Source of the DNA: Candidatus Lokiarchaeum ossiferum
GTDB taxonomy: Archaea > Asgardarchaeota > Lokiarchaeia > Sigyniarchaeales > Promethearchaeaceae
Assembly: GCA_025839675.1 (NCBI GenBank)
Contig: CP104013.1
Coordinates: forward strand, 5,760,001-5,792,000
Length of the DNA stretch: 32,000 nt
Direction of reading: 5' to 3'
This document shows, piece by piece, positions 15,246 to 22,673 of this stretch. Below the pieces are notes generated by a model, which saw only the letters and a program-made list of their open reading frames with translations, was not told where the DNA came from and did not search any database. Made by a program: the position numbers and the translations under genes. Numbering within the stretch: the stretch's first letter is position 1; each line of letters starts with the position of its first letter.

Positions 15246-17942
15246 ATGTTACCTCTTCTCGAGAAATTCTCCTTCAAAAGTTTTCTTCTTTGCTGCTTGA
15301 TGCTGATCCTGATTAACCCGTACGAATCTTTCTTGACGACCAAGGATTCACTCGACACCACTTCCGAACAACTCCGTTCTATTAACCCTATTGTAAGTAA
15401 TCCCTATCCCCCATCCAGTGCCGCCTTGCCTATCTATTTTGATCCGTCCCTCTTTGGGGAAATAGATGTGCATATGAAAGGTCCTACTATCATGCGAGTG
15501 ACGGAGTCGTTTCTCTATATCGCCGCCGAATATTATATTTTAGTGTACGATATCGAAGATTTACATAATCCCAAGAAACTCGGATTTTATGCCCTTACTC
15601 CCCAAGACATCATTATTGATTTCGTGGTGGGGGAAGATTATCTTTATGCTGTCTCTAGCAGCAATAAATTTTCCATATTTGGAGAAAAAAGTGGAACCAA
15701 TACCTATCCAATCAAGGAATTTTTTCTGGAAAGTTCTCCCCGTTCAATGGTGCTGACAGAAGATTTTGTCTACGTGAATATGCCTTTCTATGGAATTGCA
15801 AAATATAACCAATATGATGGTCTTGGAATTTTCCAATGGGGTATGTATCCCCTTACACATTGCGATGTTTTTGCAATTACCGATGAGCTCCTGTTTACGA
15901 TCCAAAACAGCCACGATCTTGGAGTAACTAATATGAGTGCCCCAAATGATCAAAATCTGATGGTGAATAGTTCATTTCCTTGGGAAATAACATCCCTTAC
16001 GGTTGCTATGGATCGTTTATTAATCGGAACAAACTATCAAATTCGGGAGTATTCCCTCCTCCCAGAAGAATTTTTACAAAATCGAGCTACTTTGGATAAT
16101 ATTCCTCAAAATGGGATCGTGGTTACGGAAAAATATATTCTGGGAGTTTCAACAGATTATCAACTGTTTGGATATTATTATCGAAATTCATATTGGAATA
16201 AGCTATATTTCCAGGCATTTGAACACCTTCAGATATCCGCTGTCGCAGCAAGTAATAATCTCGCATGTGTGTATGATTGGGAGAAGGGAATTTTCCTTAT
16301 CGATCTTGGAAAAGATACCGATGCGGATAAGTTAACGAATCTGCAAGAAACTCAATCTTTTGGTACCAATCCTCTGGATCCAGATTCCGAAGCTGATGGG
16401 TTGACCGATCACGAGGAATGTATTCTCTATTTCACCGACCCTTGGAACAATGATACAGATGATGATACTCTCTCTGACTCGGATGAAGTCAAGCAGTATC
16501 ATTCCAACCCATTGTTAAAGGATTCCGATTCTGATCACATAAACGACCCTGTGGAAATTCTAATCATAGGATCAAATCCCAATTTGAAAGACAGTGATGG
16601 AGATGCGCTATCGGATGATTTGGAATATTATACTCTCCATACCAATGTCACAGATCCTGATTCGGATGAGGATCAAATGTGGGATGGGTGGGAAATCCAA
16701 TATAACTATAATCCGCTAGATTCGTCAGATGCGGAATTGGATGACGATAATGACAATTTAAGCACGGTAATGGAATTTTTCGCAGGAACCCACCCGTTAC
16801 TTAATGATTCCGATGGAGATAAACTTAGCGATGGCGAGGAAATTCTTCGTTATTTGACCAATCCTTGTCTCTTTGATTCGGATGCTGATGATCTCAGTGA
16901 TTGGGATGAAATTAAAATCTATCAAACCAATCCTTGTAAACTAGACACCGATGGGGATAAATTAAGCGATTACTTTGAAATCTATACCTCAAAAAGTTCT
17001 CCGCTTCAAATGGATACTGACCATGATAAGCTGTCCGATTACGATGAATTATATACTCATGGCACCTCACTGACCTCGAATGATACGGATCAAGATGGAC
17101 TCCTCGATTTTGATGAAATTTATATTTACTACTCGGATCCTACCTTGATAGATTCCGATGGGGATGGATTGAATGATTCGGAGGAAGTGCAATTAGGCAC
17201 CAGCCTTCAAAATCCCGATTCCGACGGGGATGGATGGCGAGATTCACGGGATCGTTTCCCGTTGGATTGGACTCGTCCTTGGATTCCGTTTATAGGAGCA
17301 CTTATTGGATTGGGAATACTATGTGGAGTCGGGGTAATGATAGTAAGAAAAAGACAACTTGCCCAGATACAGCGGAAAGAAGATCTCCAGATCAGAGACG
17401 CTCAGAAACAAGCGGAAATGATGAAGGAACTAAAGTTACAAAACCAACATGCTTTTGAAGAAGACCATTATCGAAGCCCTCTTGCGGAAATATTTGTATC
17501 CGCTTCGAATCATCCATCATCTGAACTTGGGGACCGTCTTCTTAAACTTAAAACCCAAGTTCGAACCGACTTTGCGGCAAATTTAATTACTGACGTAGGC
17601 TTCGAACAAATCATCGCAGAGATCTCAAAAATTGACCATCTCTTAGGCTTGTGGCTCTGTAAGGAGATGAATTTGATCCCTCAAAAGGACACCCCACCCT
17701 TAGAAATTGAGCCATATTTCTTAGAAATGTCTCCTGTCGTTCAGGAAATCCAAGCTCAATTCAAAACTTTTGATCAACTCTCCAAATCTCAACGCCTCCA
17801 CATTCTACTCACGGGCAGTGTAAGAAAAATTCAGTATAATTTGAAAAAAATCCGCCAAAGTGCTAAGCAATTTTCGCCTGAAGAAATTGCCCGTTGTCTA
17901 TCCTTGAACAAAAAGCAAATTCGTCGCTTTCTACAAATCTGA
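15246..17942 (+). CDS. single-pass surface protein: signal/anchor, LVIVD-like beta-propeller repeats, ~12 thrombospondin-type-3-like Ca-binding repeats, TM, ~200-aa cytoplasmic tail with HTH-like end
   Basis: N-terminal hydrophobic FLLCCLMLILI. LVIVD-type strings (YILVYDIEDLHNPKKLG, GIFLIDLGKD). Repeated D-x-D-x-D-x-L-x-D-x-x-E units (DSDGDKLSDGEE, DTDGDKLSDYFE, DSDGDGLNDSEE and others) across ~16330-17250. TM segment PWIPFIGALIGLGILCGVGVMIV followed by RKRQ. Tail ends FSPEEIARCLSLNKKQIRRFLQI. Confidence 0.85.
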   Translation: MLPLLEKFSFKSFLLCCLMLILINPYESFLTTKDSLDTTSEQLRSINPIVSNPYPPSSAALPIYFDPSLFGEIDVHMKGPTIMRVTESFLYIAAEYYILVYDIEDLHNPKKLGFYALTPQDIIIDFVVGEDYLYAVSSSNKFSIFGEKSGTNTYPIKEFFLESSPRSMVLTEDFVYVNMPFYGIAKYNQYDGLGIFQWGMYPLTHCDVFAITDELLFTIQNSHDLGVTNMSAPNDQNLMVNSSFPWEITSLTVAMDRLLIGTNYQIREYSLLPEEFLQNRATLDNIPQNGIVVTEKYILGVSTDYQLFGYYYRNSYWNKLYFQAFEHLQISAVAASNNLACVYDWEKGIFLIDLGKDTDADKLTNLQETQSFGTNPLDPDSEADGLTDHEECILYFTDPWNNDTDDDTLSDSDEVKQYHSNPLLKDSDSDHINDPVEILIIGSNPNLKDSDGDALSDDLEYYTLHTNVTDPDSDEDQMWDGWEIQYNYNPLDSSDAELDDDNDNLSTVMEFFAGTHPLLNDSDGDKLSDGEEILRYLTNPCLFDSDADDLSDWDEIKIYQTNPCKLDTDGDKLSDYFEIYTSKSSPLQMDTDHDKLSDYDELYTHGTSLTSNDTDQDGLLDFDEIYIYYSDPTLIDSDGDGLNDSEEVQLGTSLQNPDSDGDGWRDSRDRFPLDWTRPWIPFIGALIGLGILCGVGVMIVRKRQLAQIQRKEDLQIRDAQKQAEMMKELKLQNQHAFEEDHYRSPLAEIFVSASNHPSSELGDRLLKLKTQVRTDFAANLITDVGFEQIIAEISKIDHLLGLWLCKEMNLIPQKDTPPLEIEPYFLEMSPVVQEIQAQFKTFDQLSKSQRLHILLTGSVRKIQYNLKKIRQSAKQFSPEEIARCLSLNKKQIRRFLQI

Positions 17943-18090
17943 AATCAATAGACTTCATATTTTTTTTTCTAGCCCAAGATTATGGAAATGGCCGATCATT
18001 ATAACAGGAATCTAAAATTTTATATACATATATGTTAACATAATATATTATTATCCAAAACTATCTTAAATAATAAAAATGTGAACCAAT

Positions 18091-21000
18091 ATGACAGAAT
18101 TCTTGGCTGGTCTTCCCCTTCTCACTCCACCCTTAAAAGATATCTTATTAAATTTAGTAAGTGATGGTATTTATGATGCACTTTCCAAACATTACCCGCA
18201 ATGTGAACCGAAAGACCATAATTTTAATGATCAATTAAATCGCATAATCAAATTGTGCTTTGAAAAAGCGGAGGAAGAATATATGCCAGAATTTAAAAAA
18301 TTCGATAAGACAACGCAAGCATTGATTAAATCCTTCTTCCATAATACAAATGTCATTACATCTCTCATAAATCGGCTGTATTTTTTCCGATATAATCAAC
18401 AAGGTCAAGTAGAAATTCCTTCCGACGTGAAAACCATTTTTGTTCTCCATTTTCAGAAAGTTACCCTTTTAGAGGATAAAAAAGGGGAAGAAATTGGCTT
18501 AAGCATTTATGCCAGCCTAATTAATTTAATCCAAAAAGTCTTGGATGAGATCTACCAATCGAGATTCTTAGGAGATGCGGGAACAATGACGGATCATCGA
18601 ACATTGCTACTGATTGAAGAAATGCGAACTCAATCTCACATCATTCAAAGCAATTTTCAAAAAATTCTTACTGACCGAAAAACAAATATTGAAGCGATTC
18701 TCAAATTTGAAATTGAACTCCGAGATACAATGGCAAACGCAATGAATGATATCTGTATCCATGACATCGATGAAAAAAAAAGATGTGAAATTAAGGACAT
18801 TTTTGTTTCGCCTAAATTTAAAAGTTTTAATCCAGAAAAAGAATTAGAGAGGGAAGAGATATTCAAAGAATCTTTTACTAACAATAACCTTAAATCATCT
18901 ATATTAAAGATGTCTGTAAATATGTCTAATAGATTTAGATCTCTCGATTTGGACATTAATGGTCTGTTAAAGGATTCTTATTATTCCGTAATTTTAGGGG
19001 ATCCTGGTAGCGGAAAATCAACTTTGACAAAGGTCATTACCTATAAAGTTAACAAAAATTATGAAAGCAAATTGATTTTCAATAGACATCTAACTGTTCT
19101 TCCTATCATATTACGCGATTATTCACCAAAAATGGATGAATTGTCTATTTTAAATTATATCGAGAACAAAGCACAGGTAGATTATAGCTTAACTATTCCA
19201 GAAAATGCATTAAATTATCTGGCCCAACAAGGGAGAATTGCAATTATTCTCGACGGATTAGATGAATTAGATTATTCCAAACATCGCAACATAATTATTA
19301 CACGCATTGAAGCATTTATTCAAAAATATCCCTATGTTCCTGTGATTGGGACATCTAGAATCATTGGGTATCAAAATGCGCCTCTAAAAAAGTCTAAATT
19401 TGCTCATTATACAATCGAACCTTTTGATAATAATCAAATTAAAGAGTATATCACTAAATCCTTCGCATTATTAACGAATTCATCAAACTGGAAACAAAAC
19501 ACACCTATTGATGAAATTATTGAGGATTTCATGATACAAAGTCAAACTGTTTCTGATATTCGAAGTAATCCTTTATTACTCGCTTTAATGAGTAAACTAT
19601 TTCTTAATTCAAGATCAATACCTCAATCTCGTCCCGAAATATATGAATCTTGTACTAAAATGTTGCTCAAACAGTGGTATGTTATTAGAAATATAGAAAC
19701 AGAATATACACTAGATGAAATCAATGATTTACTTTCCTTAATTGCATACAATATTTATCAGCATGATGATTACAAACAAGGTATCAAAAAAACGGATATA
19801 ATTAATATATTACAAGAATATTTGCTCGAAATTAAATTTAAATATCCTCCAACGGCAAGAAATTACGCTAATAATTTTATAGAATCTTGTACAGGTAGAT
19901 TATGGGTTCTAACAGATGTAGGGTTATCGGAGTCAAATGAAAAAATTTACAATTTTACGCATAAAACATTCATGGAATATTTTGTTTCCGTCTACATAAA
20001 TGCCACAAAGGAAGGAGGAAGGGAGATTTACAAATTTCTTAAACCTAATATTCTCAATATTGTGGAAAATGAAATATCCCAGCTTACTATTCAAATATTG
20101 GGACGGAATTCACCAACTGGATTTAATTCCTTTTTTGATAGCTTAGTTTCATCGGTGGAAAGAACTAAAGACAATAAGAAGAAAATCACTATGTTAGATT
20201 TTATTCTAACATTCTTACCTATCAAATTTCCAAAATTGACAATCCTTTCCAAAATTTTTAAAGCAACTTTTAAATTAGTGGGTTTAGGCTCTGTTAATTC
20301 TGACATTTTAACTAATGCATTGCATTATCGTCAAAATAAATCTTTACACCTGATCTTTTTACAAAATTTATTTGAGGAACTAGGACCAAGTGGTTTGCTC
20401 TCAATAAACTCTTTTAGGATATATAATATAATTGACCGATTGGTATCATATAGATTTAAAGAACATGAAAATGATGAAATATATCAAATTAATTGTAAGA
20501 TTTTCAGAAAAATACAATTAGAAATATTGAAATTAGATTGTGATGTTGTAGAAAATAGACTCGAAATTATTACGTCTCTCTTAGATAACTCTTACATTTT
20601 ATTTAGGGAAGAGAAAAAATTTGATGATTATCTAGATTATCTAAGAATACCTTCATTTGAATACTACTATGTGCAAAAAGAAAAAATAAGTTTCGCTCTT
20701 TTTCTTAACATCCACCATAAAGCTCAAAATTTCATTTACAGGGGGGTAAAATTTCCATCATATATAGAAGAATTTATCTCACTTTTGACTAAATATCCGA
20801 AAATTTTTTCATCAGAACTATATAGCTTAGGTACAGTTGATCTTTTTTTGCGAGAAAAAATTACAATCTATCTCTCAAAATTACCATCAGTAAGTTTTGG
20901 ATTATTTTTGCTTTTATTTTTCATCTATTTTGATCCTTTGAATAAAACTCACAAAGAGACTTTTATAAGATTTGATAGAATCCAATATAAAAAAAGTGAA

Positions 21001-21162
21001 ATTTTCAATACATTTGATCGTACTATCGAAATATATAAAATGAAAATCTCCACAACAAATCTGCAAGTTCCTAAGTCGTCAAATTTATCTAATGATCAAA
21101 AGGATATGATTCTATCATTGTTCTCAGTCGAGAAGAAAACTGAGAGTGCGAGATATTTATAA
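18091..21162 (+). CDS. NACHT-family STAND NTPase with uncharacterised ~290-aa N-terminal domain and ~450-aa C-terminal helical region
   Basis: Walker A VILGDPGSGKSTLTK (~18990-19030). Walker B IAIILDGLDEL (~19237-19269). Downstream NACHT-typical SNPLLLALMSKLF. 1023 codons. Very AT-rich (hand counts 22-25% GC on two 60-nt lines). Confidence 0.85.
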   Translation: MTEFLAGLPLLTPPLKDILLNLVSDGIYDALSKHYPQCEPKDHNFNDQLNRIIKLCFEKAEEEYMPEFKKFDKTTQALIKSFFHNTNVITSLINRLYFFRYNQQGQVEIPSDVKTIFVLHFQKVTLLEDKKGEEIGLSIYASLINLIQKVLDEIYQSRFLGDAGTMTDHRTLLLIEEMRTQSHIIQSNFQKILTDRKTNIEAILKFEIELRDTMANAMNDICIHDIDEKKRCEIKDIFVSPKFKSFNPEKELEREEIFKESFTNNNLKSSILKMSVNMSNRFRSLDLDINGLLKDSYYSVILGDPGSGKSTLTKVITYKVNKNYESKLIFNRHLTVLPIILRDYSPKMDELSILNYIENKAQVDYSLTIPENALNYLAQQGRIAIILDGLDELDYSKHRNIIITRIEAFIQKYPYVPVIGTSRIIGYQNAPLKKSKFAHYTIEPFDNNQIKEYITKSFALLTNSSNWKQNTPIDEIIEDFMIQSQTVSDIRSNPLLLALMSKLFLNSRSIPQSRPEIYESCTKMLLKQWYVIRNIETEYTLDEINDLLSLIAYNIYQHDDYKQGIKKTDIINILQEYLLEIKFKYPPTARNYANNFIESCTGRLWVLTDVGLSESNEKIYNFTHKTFMEYFVSVYINATKEGGREIYKFLKPNILNIVENEISQLTIQILGRNSPTGFNSFFDSLVSSVERTKDNKKKITMLDFILTFLPIKFPKLTILSKIFKATFKLVGLGSVNSDILTNALHYRQNKSLHLIFLQNLFEELGPSGLLSINSFRIYNIIDRLVSYRFKEHENDEIYQINCKIFRKIQLEILKLDCDVVENRLEIITSLLDNSYILFREEKKFDDYLDYLRIPSFEYYYVQKEKISFALFLNIHHKAQNFIYRGVKFPSYIEEFISLLTKYPKIFSSELYSLGTVDLFLREKITIYLSKLPSVSFGLFLLLFFIYFDPLNKTHKETFIRFDRIQYKKSEIFNTFDRTIEIYKMKISTTNLQVPKSSNLSNDQKDMILSLFSVEKKTESARYL

Positions 21163-21244
21163 ACTTAGCAACATTTAAATGGTTATTACACCGATATACC
21201 TGGAATTTTTACTTTTTTTTCCTTTCCTCAAAATCAACTACTAC

Positions 21245-21856
21245 CTACGAATGTAACAAATGCAGGGTGCATCCATTCACTAGATCCTTAGGACATTCTT
21301 CTGGATGATCAGCTATTGTAATATCTAATCGAGATAAGATTTTGGAGACCAATCGTGCCACCACCCGTTCCAGTTCTTGGGAGGTCACGGGAGGATCCAC
21401 GATCCGATCCATTAATAATTCTTCCCCGAATAAGGTCCTTCCATAATCGTCTAAATCTGCCCGTTCTTGAAAATCGATTTGATACCAACGTTCTTTGGCG
21501 GGAGATCGGTTCTCTGAAGGGGATCCAAGTTCGAGGAAGTCGAGCTGTAAAAGTTTGACAAACATCTGGTGTAACAAATCCAATCGATGTTCCCCTTCCG
21601 AAGTGAGTCTCCCCCATAAGACCTCCCGAAGACAATGATCCGCAGGGCGGGAGGTAAGCTGAACATAGCCTTGTTGGGCCAATTTCCGGATACGATTCAA
21701 CACGGTTTTGCGATCAATTCGGGTTTTTAGACTAATCGCTAAAAAGATGGCAGATTGGTTAATCACCCGAGTGAGGTCCATAATTCGGCAAGGAGAATTG
21801 ACAGCCAGCAAATGGAAGAGGTAGAAATCTAAATAATCATCCAAGGTTTTTTTCAC
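21245..21856 (-). CDS. MarR-like winged-helix transcriptional regulator
   Basis: RIMDLTRVINQS...RKTVLNRIRKLAQQGYVQLTSRPADHCLREVLWGRLTSEGEHRL fits the MarR-type wHTH pattern (recognition helix, G-hydrophobic-V, wing, LT..G). Much higher GC than the adjacent NACHT gene (hand count 52% for 21361-21420). Confidence 0.7.
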   Translation of the reverse strand: MKKTLDDYLDFYLFHLLAVNSPCRIMDLTRVINQSAIFLAISLKTRIDRKTVLNRIRKLAQQGYVQLTSRPADHCLREVLWGRLTSEGEHRLDLLHQMFVKLLQLDFLELGSPSENRSPAKERWYQIDFQERADLDDYGRTLFGEELLMDRIVDPPVTSQELERVVARLVSKILSRLDITIADHPEECPKDLVNGCTLHLLHS

Positions 21857-21934
21857 CTACATCTAGATCCATCAAAACTATATAAAGCGGAAAAGTTCAC
21901 CTCTATTTTTCGAAACCCGAGAAAAAGACTCCAT

Positions 21935-21997
21935 GGGAAAAACTTGCCAAATGATGGGGAGAAGTTGCCAAATATAGGGAAAAAGTTGCCAAATGGG
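21935..21997. repeat. three tandem ~21-bp direct repeats, GGG-R-A-R-AA-S-TTGCCAAAT
   Basis: TTGCCAAAT at 21944-21952, 21965-21973 and 21985-21993 (spacing 21 and 20 bp), each preceded by GGGAAAAAC / GGGGAGAAG / GGGAAAAAG. Lies 80-140 bp upstream of the wHTH gene start (21856, minus strand). Confidence 0.7.
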
Positions 21998-22673
21998 GCA
22001 AAAGAAGGCTTTGATCCCAAAGAGGAAAAAAAGAGACGAATATGGAAATTGGAAGCGATTCTGTAACGGTTTCATCGGTTTTGATCAAAAGATGGGAAGA
22101 TCAGTTACTGGGAAGAGACGAATGACAAGCTGAAACGGTACTTTCGAGAGTGAATTCTACTGATTGTCGAATAAAATAGAAATATTGTCTGGTGTATCAA
22201 GTATTTCTTCACAGAGGTCTCCGAAAGTACTCGATGCTGACCGTTTTTTTGTGGGAAAAAAAATCAAGCTTACAATAAAAAAATGGAGATCTACCACTCG
22301 TTTTTGTGGGATGAAAAATAAAAAAACACTCGAATGAACATATTTGGGGGAATACAAATTAAGTAATTTTCCCCTTAGACGGAATAACGCAGAATTTTGT
22401 CGAGATTTTCCCCTATCTATGTCAGAACAGAATAACCATTTTCAACGTGATGGACCCGTTTTCATGAAATTATTGCCCACATTTTGCAATAAATATGATC
22501 TCTTATACGATTTGATCGCATCCAGCAAAATTCTTAAATAGATAAAAATCTAACAATAGATCATAAAAATTTAGTCTCCGATAAAAACGAAAGAATGATT
22601 CTTGAAGGTGAATTTTCGATACTAGACCTAATGGACATTCTCCAAAACCCTTTCACTCCCGCTGAAGAAAATT

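Noticed and set aside
9860-20306. Nested or antisense track ORFs 9860..10066, 10376..10591, 11990..12232, 13474..13725, 15744..15953, 16111..16335, 17234..17458, 18235..18450, 18657..18956 and 20091..20306
   Set aside because: Each lies entirely within a longer ORF that carries clear domain signatures (TFB-like, wHTH, flavodiiron, NYN, TSP3-repeat protein, NACHT).
21309-21666. Track ORFs 21309..21635(-), 21355..21558(+) and 21451..21666(-) overlapping the wHTH gene
   Set aside because: These are alternative-frame or antisense ORFs inside the GC-richer 21245..21856 gene, which has the only recognisable domain.
21878-22088. Track ORFs 21878..22075 and 21903..22088 (minus strand) with IWQLFP-like peptide repeats
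   Set aside because: The peptide repeats are simply the translation of the 21-bp TTGCCAAAT DNA repeats in an intergenic region. There is no independent coding evidence.
22157-22541. Track ORFs 22157..22357(-) and 22344..22541(+) in the 800-bp region upstream of the giant ORF
   Set aside because: Short, no motifs, and they span the T-run/A-run motif copies. They are more likely regulatory or intergenic sequence, but I cannot exclude a small protein.
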